From: Intoshia linei
Lineage: Eukaryota > Animalia > Orthonectida
Direction: 5' to 3'
DNA: 64,000 nucleotides
Assembly: GCA_001642005.1 (NCBI GenBank)
Contig: LWCA01000063.1
Location: 1-64,000 of the forward strand
The translations under genes and the position numbers were made by a program. Position 1 is the stretch's first letter, and each line of letters begins with the position of its first letter. Shown here piece after piece: positions 13,701 through 28,800 of the stretch. The notes below the pieces were generated by a model, which was not told where the DNA came from, searched no databases, and was given only the letters and a program-made list of their open reading frames with translations.

Positions 13701-14561
13701 TAGGATATCTGGTTTACAAGTGAGCTTGGAAGAAAAACATGCTATTCAACATGATTCGGATGTGAAGGGTAGAAAAATTAAAAGAACCTTGGATGAATTG
13801 CACAAAACTAAAAGATTGTTTGATGATGCCAATTTAAAACTGCGAGAATATGAAATGGAAGGAAATAGTTGCAATGATTTATATGTAAGAAATTATACAA
13901 AATAGTTAATTTTTAACATTGGATACAATTTCTCTTGTACCCATTTATATATGACGTTTTTATTTATATTTATATTTTAGCACCAATTGAATGAAAACAT
14001 TAAAAAATGTGATCAATTAAAAGATGAAAATTATCAACTGAGAAAAAGACGAGATGAATTAGAAATGCTCACAAAAAACATTGACATGAGAAATGAAAAT
14101 TTAAATTCAAACAAAAATAACTTGCATAAAGCTTATTCTGAAATTGGAAATAACCGTGAAGCTTTAAGAGTCATAACAATGCGTGAAAGTGATGTAACTT
14201 TAAATATAATAATTTAAAAAATTTTTAAATTTAGCTTACCAAATTTCGTACAATTATTGCTAGAATGTTGGGAATAAATGTATCAGAGCTGTCAAAAAAA
14301 TTCACAGATTATGATATTTATTCACGGTTGGAACAATTAATTTTATTGGCTCAACATTATTCTAAAGACGGGACAAGTTATAGTGTTGATACAAAATTTC
14401 ACAGTAAATATGATAAACATTTTATCAAAGGATATCAGCAACCCGACAATTTAACTCATACCAATTTTAAAAATTCAAAAAATCGAAAAATGTTGACATC
14501 TAAATTACCAAATCGCAACAAAAAACCTCTTTCAGGTAGATATGATTCTAGAATTTACTAA
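10750..14561 (+). CDS. CCDC170: Coiled-coil domain-containing protein 170 homolog (multi-exon)
   Basis: Long heptad-rich exons (ORFs 11391, 11931, 12991, 13480, 13987). Last exon LTKFRTIIARMLGINVSELSKKFTDYDIYSRLEQLI matches the CCDC170 C-terminus LADFREVVSQMLGLNVTSLALPDYEIIKCLERLV. Confidence 0.78.
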
Positions 14562-14607
14562 ACCATATTTACCATTAAATTTACTTTAAAATTTTTTTTC
14601 TTGCATT

Positions 14608-17600
14608 TTAAATTTTTATTATCAATTTAACATCTTTAACGGTATCTACATTTTTTAACATTTTTTGTTCACTATTATCAGTCAATTCAACGTTGGTTTC
14701 AGTTGTGTTAGTGTCATTTAGAATGATTTCATCATATTTCATTTTATATGTTGGACAAATTGGTATGTATTTGAAAAAATTCACTTTACGTATAAAGTTC
14801 ATTCCAATTGGTAGATTGTATATTGATGATAGTTCTTTAGATTCAGACAATTTTAATCTTTCCTCATTTAAATTTGTAATGCCACGTTCTTGTTTTGTTC
14901 CTAAGTTTAATTATAATTTCTGGTGATACTTTTTAAATTTGATTTTTATTAAAATGATAGAACCTGGTATGGTATTATCTAGAAGGAATCCTAGCACACC
15001 TCCAACAAACATGTGAGTACTCAGTAAAATTTTAATTGAATCTGATATTGTACTATTCCCTAAAAATGAGTTAATTATCTCAAGTATATTATAATAGTTA
15101 CATTTTTATCATACACTTTTAAAATTTTATTATATGTGTTAATGGATAAGTATTAATTAATTATTGTTATTCACAATGTATATACCAAATGAAAGGTTCT
15201 TTTGATTTCTTTTTATGTATTCTTAAATTAAGAAGTAAAAATTTAAAATTAAACATAATTATACCAGGTATTGATATTCCAACAAATAGGGTTATGCCAA
15301 TAATGAATAAATTCCTGGAATTATTTTCCATTTTATAAAATTGCGACATTCCAACGGATATTATTACAGCTAAAAATACAAAGATACTTCATATAATATA
15401 TGAACTAATAATACACATGGATCGGAATTGAATTGAAAAATACTTGATAAATTTTTATTTAATTATACATAAAAACTATATACAATTGAATGTTTCTGTG
15501 TCTGTGTTATCGTATATTTAAAAAATTAACAGTCGTAGAATTTGAATGAACCCAATTTCTAATACAATTTTTTCCTGGGCATGTTTATATCTGATTTTCA
15601 GTTTCCGAATTTGAATACTTCAGGTCAAAAACCCAATTCGCCAAAATTTGTATAATAGAAATTGTAAACTACAAAAAATTTTGTAACTATCGATTTTCAA
15701 ATTTAATTTAAATTTACATAAATAAATTAATTTCAAAACGTTTTGTAACTATCCATTTTAAAGTTTAGTTTAAATGTAAGTTTATTATATTTTAATTTTT
15801 CTATAATTGAATTATATTACTGTGAAGACTCCATATAAGTACATTCAATTCATGTGCGTATAAAAATTTTGAAACGTTATATAACAAACTATATTATCAT
15901 ATTATGATATAGAAAGTCATTTTCTTTTCATTTTCAAATACAATGTACAAAATTATAAAATGATTCCAATATATTCAAAAATAAAAGTTTATTCACTAAA
16001 AACATAAAAATCACAATGATTTGTAGCTTATATAAAGTGACCAGAAAAATATGTATTATCACTTTTAGTTTATTTGGAATAAATTTTAAAACGAAAATTT
16101 TTATTTGTCATCATAATAAGTAAAAGCCTTTTATCCAGTTGAAAATGTACTTATGATAAGTTTAGTAATTAAATTAATTTCAAAAATTTGTAACCATTGA
16201 TTTTAAAGTTTAGTTTAAATGTAAGTTTATTATATTAAAATGTTTCCATTATTTAAATTATACTATTCGTTTCAAATCAAGCCAGTAAAGAATAAAAATT
16301 GTTATTGTTCACATCATACAAACTTTTAAAATTTCGAATCTCATACATATAACATGTAGAATAAAATTAAAAAAAATTTTACCAAATAAAACTATAAAAG
16401 CACCAGCTATAATTGGATCGGGAATAGTGATAAAAATAGCTCCAAATTTTGTAAATATTCCGAGACCAATCATGAAACAAGCTGAAATCAATATAACCAT
16501 TCGAGATCCTACTTTAGTCAATCCAATTAATCCTACATTTATGCTTGTTGATGTTGTTCCATTCCCAGTTCCTAACATTGCATCAAACATTGAACCTAAT
16601 CCTTCGACAAATATTCCTTAAAATGTAATGTTAATTTAATTTATTTTTATGTCTGAAGGTTTCCTAATGTCTTTCTCAGTGAATTACCAAGTTGTAAATA
16701 TTTCAGAAATACAGTCATGCCTCATTCAACAAACAGGTTAAAATATAAACAATGTGCAAATTTTTAGAAATTTCTTTTTTTTTGCAAAAACATAAGAAGC
16801 GGTTCTTACGTTTATCTATGTAACGAGCTCTCCAGTTTATCGAAAAAAATAATAATAATTATAATAATAGTTATTATAGTTGTTCTCTATTGATATAGTC
16901 ATGTTTGCAAATTGCAATGCATAATGAAGGTCATGTTTGCCTTTAATATGGTCATTTTATATATAGTATATATATTAAATAATGGTATATCTAAGTTTCA
17001 ATATTGTCCAATAATAGAGAGAAATAAAATGTTAATACCTCTATTTATTGCATGGAGAGGAGGAATTGTAGCTCCACAAACATCTGCACACGTGTGATAA
17101 TCTCCAATTGATTCGATAATTGTAGCCAAAATTCCAGATAATAATCCCAATACACAAACTATATCAATGGTTGGATATCCCCACTGAACTAAAGATTAAT
17201 ATTAGTGGTTTTCGACACTTCCATTTCCTCTTTGAAAATAACGGAATTAATCTTAAACATATCGATTCTGGTCGAAACCCTATAATAGTTATTTCGTTTC
17301 AACGTACACTGCGACACGTGGTATTAATTACTTAATAATATTCCTCAATTAACTACATTCTATGACGATTGACCCTTTCTAAATGAATATTTTTTGTGTA
17401 ATATTTGTATATCTAAAAAATTCGACTTAAACCAACCCATACTAGTAAGCTGAAAAATCGTGTGGCTATTGATTCAACTACTGTAAATACCTGCTACATA
17501 CTAGGGATGTAAAAACTAACCTGAAGCACAATACGAACACGAACTCTTAAACAGATCCAAACACTTTGGATCGAATAGCGATTCGAACATGTTTACAGTA

Positions 17601-20600
17601 AACTAGATATATATTGTCTACTAGTGAACTACAGTTTAGTTGAATATAATAATATAAATTACAAGGATATGGGAATCTGAACCACGGTGAGTATTTGATG
17701 GCATCCATTTTTAAGTCAGTTCGAGCATTGAAATATTTTTCTCCAGCATTTGTGGGAAAAACATTGGTTACAGTGAGAATAATTGATATAGTCCACATAA
17801 TGATGATAGCAAAAACAATAGGAAACATGCTGAAAATTGGCATTTTCATAAAATAGAATCCCTTCTGTCGTTGATACATTATAATTGGTATTTGTATGTT
17901 ACGAAGATATTGGGAAAAGACTATAATTAGCAAAACTGTACTAAATTAATTTCTTTTAATGGACGATGACAATATAAAAAAATTACAATATACAAATTGG
18001 CCAACATCCTGAAGCGTATTCTGCAGATTTTGAGAATAAAGAAAACCCCAATAACGAAATTGTCGGACCAATTGTTAACGGTCCTAAAATTTATCAATAA
18101 CAATATAGTGTAATATTAATGACGTTAGGGTGGAAAAAATTTCATCAATTATTTTTAATTAATTAATTTAATTAAAAAATTAATATTTCTAAAATCAAAA
18201 ACACATTTTCTAATACAATTTTTCGATAGCTGTTTTATCGCAAATTTCATTATTAGAAATTAAGTCCTTCAGGTTAAAAACCCAAATTATTTTTTTTGAA
18301 AAAGAAAACTGACTTAGAATGAAAAAATTATCATAGATAATACAGTGATTTTCATTTAACAGTCAAAAAATTTGAATCGCACAAGGGACGCCTTCCCGGT
18401 CAAACAAGCACTCTAGTTTAATTTTTTTTATTTGGTCACTATTTTATAAAACAAAAAATATAATAACTAATAGTCTTATAATTTAAAAGAAATGATTATT
18501 TTCGCATACAATTCATACGTTCAAGTTGCATTTATTAACAACAAAATAAATATATATAAAATAAGTAAATTTTAATTAAAAATTTAATATTAATTATATG
18601 TAATTTTCCTACTCAACACACAAAAGCTCTTCAAATTAATTATAATGGATATATGCTAATTTAACCTCTTTATTAAGCTATTCATAACAAACTGGCAATA
18701 TTTGGACTATGGTCATTGAACATTTTTAAAACCATTTAAACAAAAATACCAACTTGTATATTTTAAATATTGTTATTAATTTCATTTTAGTCATTTTCAA
18801 AACTTGCAATAAATTCATACCTTCAATGAAACAATAAAAAATCCATTAATTCAAAATTTATCTCACAAAGGGTTGAAACCGTCCGCCCTAATTCGAAACT
18901 ATCATACTAGGAAACACAGCTGCATGGGGTTAAATTATAAAATGCCTACCCTGAATTAAATTGTCGTTAAAATAAAATCGGTTGAACAGTAATACTATTC
19001 AATTAATTATAATTAATTTTCATTATCAAAGTATGGCATATATTGTAATCTGTTAGACATATATAATATTACATGTAAATTAATTAAATTTGATTTTATC
19101 TAATATGTACCGAATTATCGAATAAATGAATCAAATTTTGTCATTTTAATTAGTTTCTTACTTTTTTGATTTATTGAAATAGAAATTTTTAAAAATTACT
19201 ATTTCATTAAAATTTAATAGAGTAGTTATCACTGATAAATTATCAGAAAGCAATGTCGATTTGTTTGTTTTTATTACCGGCAAAAACAATGCTGATAACT
19301 TTGCTGGTATCAGCAAATTTTTTTAAAATATATTAATAACTAATTTGTAAAATCTAAACTGAATGAGAGAAACTGAAAACCGAAACAATGACGCTTGTGA
19401 GTGTCACAAATTTTTAATGTTTAAAACTAAGTACTCGGAAAAAGGGACATTTTCCCGTCATGATTGCTAAAATTTTGGTTTTTTATTTTTGGGTTGGATT
19501 AAGAGGTTTTTTAGTAATGTTTGGTAAAATCAAAGTTTTCAAAAAAATAAAGGAAAATTGATTTTTTCTTGAGGCTTTAAAGATTGGATTTTTATTTTGG
19601 GGAATGATTAAAGGTTTTCTATCACACGGTTTTTTGTAAAATCATCAGAAGAGAATTTTTACATAAAGGGCTTAAAATGGTATTTTTTATTAAATTTTAT
19701 TAATGGTGGGATAAAAGTGGTAATTATGAAAATTATAATTTAGCGATTGTCTAGGATTTTGGATAAAATCCAAACATGTGGCAACTCTGTAATAATGTAT
19801 TTTATAAAAATAAACTAATTTTTTCATTTTGCTGGTAATAAAATCAGAAAGACTGGTAACCCTTGGCTTATCAGTTAATAAAGAAACAAATAAATTATGA
19901 TTAGTCCTATAGTAAATAAACTTTGTTTATCTTTGATTCAAAAAAAAAATTTTTACACTTATCATAAAGATAACCAAATGACCAATGATTCCGAAAAAAG
20001 TTAAAATAACTTTAAATATGCTTCATGGTTTCAAGCCTAAAGAGGGACGTTTGATAATTTTTGTTACCGCTATAAATTGAACCATTTTTTATTAATTTTC
20101 TTAAATACTACAAATTTGTTTCTGATAATACCCATTGTAATGATTTGATGTCAAAAAGTATTAAGGTTTTGAGATTTAATAATAAAACAATTTTAAGTAT
20201 ATCGATAATAAATATATCTATAACAATGAAGAGTACTTCATTACACCCATTTTTTGTGAATATTGTAATTTATATAAATTCATATACAATGTATAATATA
20301 CATACACTGTACCAAGTTGGCATTGTACTCCACTGTACGTGTATTTTAATTAAAGTACATAAGATAATAAAATTGTAATTTTCAGAGATTACATTATGAT
20401 AACCTCGTATCACTGTCTAAAACAGTAGTACATAAACAAATATCAATCCATTTCATTTTATCATATTAAAATTGACACATTGCTTATCCATAGTATCTAT
20501 TACTGGAAAGTGTATAATGGAGTGCTTTCCAACCCATTTTGGTTGGCGACACACATTTCAATCTGAAAACTTATTGCGACACACCAATCTAATAATATAC

Positions 20601-22508
20601 TATTGATTTGTTAAACGAAATTTTTTCTAATAATAATATCAAAATAAATATAAAATTATTGCTCCACTATAGATTAAAAATAATTATATATATATTGTTA
20701 TTAAAAAAAATTACATTTGTATAAACGAGATTTAAATTATTTTTTCATTATTTTAAAAACGATATGAAAAGGTGTATTTCATGACTAATTTGATGTTTTA
20801 TTTATTGATTTTGACTGTAAAATTATCATTTTGGTGATGAATTTAATCAAATTTAGTGAAAAATAACACTATTTTAGTTATGTAAAAATGTTGTTTTCAT
20901 TTGAAAATCTTATTTATGCTATTTATAACCAAAAATTTCATTTGGTCAAACAAATTTTTAAAAATATATTTTAAAAAGTTTGGCGACACATCTGGAGATA
21001 ATTGGCGACACACCGGTTGGAAATCACTGGTATATTATAATATATACATTTTTTTATAAAATTGAATATTTTTCTGTGTGATACCTATTACTAAACTAAG
21101 TGACTAGAATTTAAAAAAACATAAAGCATAAAGTATACAGTTTTTTGCAGAAATATTTTATCAAAAAGTTTCAAGTTTAGAAATTTGTATGTTTCTGGTC
21201 AACGTCCCGGTCGAATTTTCCAAAATATGATTTAATAAAGATACAAAATAATAATATTTAATGTATTATAAAACTGGGTAAGATAGAAAAAATTAAATAA
21301 AATACAATTGGTACACTTCGATAAAGTTGAATAATATAATGATCCTAGCAGTTAATACAAGTATTTTCTAAAAAAATAACAGATTTTTAGAAAACATTTA
21401 ATTTTACTATTGGGGTATAAAAATTTTTAGTAAAAAAGTGACCACCAAATAAGTTTGGAATTCCCAATGTTGCCACTCGTTATAGTTTAAACCGTTAAAA
21501 TTGTATAAATTTTTTAATTGGTCCAAAAATAACTTTTTCATTATTATGCTTTATGAAAATGGTGTTTTTTTATTCTAAAGAAAAATCCACCCATAAATTG
21601 TACATTTAGTTATAAATTATCCTGTTAGTGATAAAAATGAGTATTTTCCATAATTTTAAAACTTAAATGAATTTTTGACATATTAACTTTTGGGAAAATA
21701 AACCTATAGATGTCAATTTTTTATAATAATGATAGAAGAAATGAGAATTAATAAAAAGAAGATAAATCCTTGTTTCTTTACTTTTAAAAATTTATAAACC
21801 AGTACAGATCAATATAGTCAAATCTACTACAAATTACTAAAATATTTTAAATTTAAATAAATATTGAAGGGTTAATATAACTTCAATGTCAATATAAATA
21901 GCTATTATATTATGATACCATAATGGTTTGTCCAAAGACGTTTATTAAAAGTATTTACCTATAAACCTCATAATCTTGCCAGACATTCCGAGCCCTCCAA
22001 GAAGTAATTCTAATACAGCCACAACCATTAGAGAACCTTGGATCTTAAAACTTGTAATAAATAAATAATAACAATTACTGTGCATAACCGTTCTTTCCAA
22101 TTTCTACCTAAGATTTAAACATAAAAAAGAGAGTATAATAAAATACTAGAAAGGCAACTGTTGCTTTCAAGCTCAAAAAATGACAGAGTCGGCAATAAAA
22201 GAGCAAATGTTCCAGCTTGCACGATAGGCAATCTACTTTGTATTAATATTATAACAAATAAGCTTTTACCTAACTCCAAATAAATTTTGCACAATTGTTA
22301 TTACTCCTGATGCAACAAAAATTGTACCAGTTATATGGGTTTGTCCCACTAAGTCATCACCCATGCATAATGCTCTAGCTAACAGTTTTGGGATTGTTAA
22401 TGTAGCTATAAACATAGAAATATAATGTTGAAATCCCAAAAAAATAGCTATGGATAATGGGGGTCTTTCATCGACAGTGTATAAGATATCTCTAACATTT
22501 TCCTTCAT
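14608..22508 (-). CDS. SLC23 / nucleobase-ascorbate transporter (NAT/NCS2) family member, about 11 exons
   Basis: Exons encode [68 protein letters not shown] signature [48 protein letters not shown] and [16 protein letters not shown]. Confidence 0.93.
20520..21029. mobile_element. hAT-type MITE in SLC23 intron
   Basis: gagtgctttccaacc ... ggttggaaatcactg; subterminal tggcgacaca repeats; degenerate TSD gtataatg/gtatatta. Confidence 0.7.
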
Positions 22509-22861
22509 CGAATTAAATTGAAATTATGTTTATGTAGTACAATTTGATTTACATGTAAACAATAAATAGTTAAATGTACAATATATAAGACATAAAACTT
22601 GACTAAAAAGTACACCCAAAATCATAAAAAATAATTTATTTCAATAACAAATATTTAATGTACAAGTCAATAAACAATTTCATGGTTGGTACGTTGTGCA
22701 GTATGTATTCATCTTCTATCGCCTAAGATTATAAATAAATTTACATTAATAAAATAAAAGTCATTTTCAGACAGACTTAGAGTTAGCGTGATTAATTAGT
22801 ACATTGAAAATGGATAATTTAAAATATCATAAGGTTAAATTGTTTTATAACATGTATCATT

Positions 22862-25800
22862 TTAATAAAAATTACCGCCGCGCAGAGGTATATTAATATT
22901 TGTCATGGTTGGTAAATCTTTATTTTTTCTTTTATTTCCTAATTTGCTTTTTACGGACATTAACTCCCTCGTTTTGCTAAATGTTTAATTAAAAATTCAA
23001 TATATCAAAATTCAGTATTTACTAGAAGGTTAAAAACTCGGATAATTCCAATAAATCGACTGTAAATTATTTGTAAAAGTGTATACCTATTCTTATTTAT
23101 ACATGTACTTTTTAAATATAATAATTTCAATCAATAAAAGTAAAAACATTACAAAATGTTGTTAGTCTGATGAATTTAGTTGGATTTAAGCTACTCAAAT
23201 AAGTTACTTGTGAAAAATATTTGTGAGATTTTTATTTCTCTTTTCCAAATCATTAATTCGTTTTTGCAAATCATTGACTTGTTGGTTTTGAACCGTCAAA
23301 TCACCTCGTAATTTGTTATTTTCGTCAATTGTCTAAATAATTTAAAAAAATAAATTTTTGGTTTAATACCAGAGTATTTTTTTTAGACAAATTATCCAGT
23401 AATTCAGCATCTGATTTAATCTTTTGAATTAAAGCGATACTACCAGATATGTTCTCGTATTGGATTTGATCATTTGATGGATCGTCTTTGAAAGAATTCT
23501 AAAGGGTTTAAATTTAACAATCTAAAAAATTACATTAGAAATTCGTTTAAAAATATCATTGACAAATCGTTGTCGTGTTTGTAGTAACCGTTGAAGTAGT
23601 ACCCGCTAAACATAACATTTAATTAATTTATACTTGTTTAACCTTCTTTTCTTCGTAAGGTCGTTTATTGTTGTTAATTCTGCTTTTATATTCAAAATAT
23701 TTTTTAAATTCATGTAGGGATAATTCCTTTTCTTTTAGTTGAGTACTAATAGTTGTGAAATTTGTTTTTAGTTTTTCATGATCGTCTTCAATATCGACAA
23801 TTTTACTAAATTCAAAATGTTTAAATGTAATTAAATTTTACCGTGTTAATTCTGAAATTTTTCCTGTTTTTATTTCATTATCTTTGCGCATATTTTCAAG
23901 TTTTTTAATTTGATAATCTAAATCATTAGTGTCGGCATTTGATCCATCTTTAACACCGGGAGATAGAATACCTAAAATTAATTAAAATTTGCAACAATTA
24001 TGAAAATCTTATGCAATTCATTTTCAAACCAACACACAACCGGCAAATTATTCTGAAAATAACAAAATATTTATGAATATCGATTTACAAAATTTAGATC
24101 TAGAAATGAATAGATAACTCTACCGTATAAAATCATCAAAGGTAGGTAGGAAATTTCAGATTACCGAACCTACCATGCTAAACGGTCACCAAAAATCAGA
24201 CAGTACATAAGAAATTTTCGCAAACGATATGTAATGCCAAATAGCTCTAGACACCTCTCCACGGGTCAGGACTGGGCATTTTAAATTTGACACACAAAAT
24301 AATTGACATTCAAAAATATAATTATTTTAAATGTTCAATTTGGAAACATGAAGGTGGCTCTCAGAGAGAAACTCTCTGTACAGTAGTTTCTACACTGAAA
24401 TTTCTTTCTGCACTATTTTTAAATAAAAAATATTAATGCTAAGTAATGCACTATTTAATTTTATGTGAAATGATATAAAAAGGTTCAATATTGGTTCAAA
24501 AAAACTAGTTTTTTACTTTTACTAATAAATTAATTTATTCTATGTGAGTCACATAAAGTGATATTGAAAAATAAGAGGAATTTAAAGAACAATTCAACAG
24601 AACATAACAAGTATTGACAAGCTATATGAAAAATTGAAAGAAATTGTAATTATAATCATATAAAATATCTTAATACCATTAATCCTAATATTTTTCAGCC
24701 TTAATTCCTCGGTTAGAGTGTCATTTTGAGATTTTAGTTGTTCAATCTTTTCATTAATGTCAATATTTTCCAAAGTCAACTAAAATTAAAATAATTACAC
24801 AATATTATATTCTTACATACATTATACAATCTGAAACAGGGGTGTCAGAATCAATTTGCTTGGCGGGACAAATGTGAAAAAAATTAATACGCGGGCCGCA
24901 TAAAAAAATCTTTACTCAAAACATTATGTTAAAACTAACAGTTTTAATTAATTTATAATAATTTTTATTCATAAAATGAAATAAGAAACAATAATAATGG
25001 AATAAGTGTACAAATAATGTTAAAATTGTAATCATGAAAAATATATGAAAAAATTGTTATAAACATAAAAATTTATATTATAGGGCCGCACATTCCACAA
25101 TTGAAGGCAACATAATTGACACATTGATCTCAAAAGATGGTAAGCTTTCAAATCATGAAAAGTACATTAACATATAACCTACAAGAGCAGTAAAAACCAA
25201 ACATTTTTACTTACGGCACATACTGACGTAAGTTATAGGTATAATGATAAGCAATGAACCAGATGGTCAAATCAAAAACAATAAATAATGCAAATTAAAA
25301 ATTTCTAAATGAAAATTCTAAGAAAACTTTTAAAAGAAAATAATTATCCTTTACTTAAATAAAAATGAATGTCTGTGTGTGTTTGTGCGTAACCATCTAT
25401 TAAAAAAATTGGCTGTCGCATGATTTAAAAAAACCCAGTTTCTAATACCGTTTTTTCCAGGACGTGTTTTTATCCATTTTTCAGTTTCAGAATTTGAGTC
25501 CTTTAGGATCAAAAACAAAATTTCCCTTTTTGTTAAATAATCAACTCAAAAATTTAATAAAACATACATTCTGGAACGCATCTTAAAAGTATTAACATTG
25601 TCGTAAATCTTAGCCTCAGAAACGCATATGCTCAAAACCACAAATTAACCTTTGTTTTAAAAATGAAACATGTCCTAATTTTTATTAAACATAAATTCTA
25701 GGATAGTTTTTAAAATCATAAATATTATCATAAATGGAAACCTCAAAAAAATAATTTTCACCATCAAAACCTACATAACCTTTTTTTAAATGAAAACAGC

Positions 25801-28800
25801 CCTGGAATTTAAAAAAATTACAGATGGTACAGGTGTATCCTGTTAAAACACACAAAAAATTTTAATCTGAATAAATGGCACCTTCACCGCCAAAAAAGTA
25901 CTTTAATATTCATTTTTTTTATTTCAAAACTATTTTATTAAAACAAAAAATTTGAAGTAATTAATGGTCCTACAATTATAAAAAAGACTATTCTGACAGA
26001 GCTTATTCCATTTAATATAAATACAAAATTTCAACCCCGAAGTCTATGAATTCCCCTTGAAAAATAATCATCCTACATTTTCAAAAAAAAATGTGAATTG
26101 AACGTCTACACATTTCCAATAAATAAATATGGGTGAAAATCTATATAATTGATTCCTTCGGGTTTTTTTTCATTCTCAAATTCTCATTTTCAAAACATTT
26201 TGTTAAAAATTTCAATTAAAACTACAACTTGCTTTTTATAGCAAGTTGGATTAAGAGTGGTTTCTCGCGAGGTTTGGCAAAATCCAAGTTTTCAAAAAAA
26301 TATGGGAAAAGAGATTTTACCTTAAGTTAAGGTTTAAGGGTTGGTAAATTAGATTTTTTATTGTATTAAAAGATTCTTTCTAAAATCATAACAAGGGGTT
26401 ATTAGGCGAAGGGCTTATAATGGTATTTTTTAATAAAAATTACAATAGTGAGATTTTTGAAATAATAATTTAGCAATCGTCTAGGGTTTTGGATAAACCC
26501 CAATACTTGGAAACTACAATAATTTATTTTACAAAAATAAACTAATTTTTTAAATTGAGTAAATGGAAAATTAAGAGTCTAAATGAAAAAAATGTGGTGT
26601 ATTTGACGAAATGAAAGACAACCATTTTCTAAAAATTTTTAAATTAAATGTAATCGTAACATATACTTTGGAAAAGTGCAAATAGCTGATAACATTACAC
26701 ATTAGTATTACTGACATAATATTAACATAATATCAAAGGAGCCATTCAACTACATCATAATTTTATAATGATCAAATTATTTCCCATTACAATGGGACAA
26801 TATAGTTTGAATTATACATTCACTGAAAGGTTGAATCATAAAACATACCATATGTAGCTAAAATTAACAAAAGTAAAATTGGAGACGAAAATAAACAGTG
26901 TGAATAAATTAAAAATGTTTGAATAAATATTAAAAATAAACAATGTACACCTCATTGAATTTTGAATAGTAAAATGGAATTAGACACTAAAAAAAAATTG
27001 ATACTTGACATGTGTAAGTGTTGATATTTAAATAAAAATTACTTTTTTATAATTATGCCTAGAATTCGAGATTTCTAATTTATAAGCTTCAACATCATCC
27101 AACAAATCATTTTTGATTTCTTTAATCTTATCATTATCTCTAATCAAGTGGATAATGACATTTTTAATTTTTCGAATAAAAGTCATGCCGGCATTGATAT
27201 ATTTATCCAAATTATTTTGAGTGATTGTATCATCTTTAAGTTCACAAAGTAAATCTAATTTGGTTGGTGGGTTGATGTCTTTATCGTCAATAGATTCAAC
27301 AGTGGTAAGATTGTAAAAAGATTGTATATGAGGATTTAATTCATAGTTTTCCAAGAGAAGGTTTTTAACAATTTCAAAATAATTTTCATTAAGTTTTTCA
27401 AAGGTGTTTAATCTAGATATAAAAATCATGTTGTCATTTTTAATTTTTTTTTCAAGCGAATCTCGTTGTGCGACAATATCTTCAGATTTATCACACATGT
27501 CGCTAAGTTCTTTGGCTTTTACATGGTATTGTTCTACAAGTTCATCCAACATTCTTGATTTATATTCATATTCGTTGTTTATTTTTTCATACGTACCAAG
27601 CATTTCACTATTTGTGGACATTTCTTGATCGTATTTGTATTTTATTTCTACAATCTCTGAGCGGAGTTTATCCATATCGGATTCGAGATTGAAATTTTCT
27701 TTTTTCAGTAAGGAATTTTGGGCGTATAATCTTTCCAATTCGGACCTATCGACGGGGGACATGTCCAAACCTGAATCTCCAGTTTCGTTGAGGTATGTTG
27801 AGGTTGTAATGGATTCTGTTATGACACTGTTCTGGTCGCCGTCGTTGTCGCTACTGGGCACATTGTCGCAAAATAAAACTGATTTTATTTCACTGCCATT
27901 TTGCGTCATTTCAGGAATAGTCTTTTTTTCCAAAACGGACACCATTGAATTGTAGCCCTTGGATCGAACTAGACTATGGTCCGATTTAGAACCGATGATT
28001 GATTTTGTCTTTTTACGTCGCTTAACGGACTTATTCGAAGAAACTACACCCAGTCTATCTTGAGTGACAAATCTTGACAAGTCAATTTGATCTTCAGCAG
28101 CAACTTCTTGTCCGTTTCTCCATTTAACTACTTCTGATTTGACAGTCAATACTTTGTTGTAATTCATAATGATAATGTTGTATTTTCGTTTTAACTCATC
28201 AAGGGTCAGTTCTTTGTTAACTGAAACAACGCTCTTGATGTGACTAGCATTGTTTCCAAATCTAAGAGTATTTATAGTTTCTGGACGGTTGTAACTAGAT
28301 GGTGAACAACAAACTATAATGGTGGTACGAGAGTTACCACCTAAACTGACACGACAAACCATTGTCAAACGGCTGCTTCGAAAATGTATAATTTCCTCAG
28401 GAGTTTTTCCTTTAGCCAATTCGGAAATTACGATTCCTAAGGTTGTAAGGGATTTATTGATATTGCTAGCTTCATTAAGCCTTTCTCCACTAGCACCAGT
28501 TTTATTCACGGATTCGGACCCAGCCAAATCTACCAATTGTACCTTGGATTTGTATATACTGCCGTCAAAAACTGTGTTATCGATAGAATTAATTTCCTTT
28601 TTAGACATGAGAATTTCTAAAATGCTGTGACTTCTTGAGCTGTGAGCGTTCATTTGAGTTGAAGCTACTCTGCGTTTATTTTGTCCAGCTTCATACCAAT
28701 GGAAAAATTGATCCATATTGGCAATTGGCGCATGCTGTAGCTTTTTTATGACAGGTTGACCACCAGAAAACATTACATCCAATTTTTCCTTTTTGTCGGA

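Noticed and set aside
17555-17575. Perfect hairpin gatccaaa-cac-tttggatc in an SLC23 intron
   Set aside because: Short and inside probable MITE debris; no evidence for an ncRNA.
27404-28630. Antisense ORFs over kinesin (also 10837, 13077, 14693, 16427, 30991, 62219)
   Set aside because: Shadow frames of real or relic coding sequence, with no motifs of their own.
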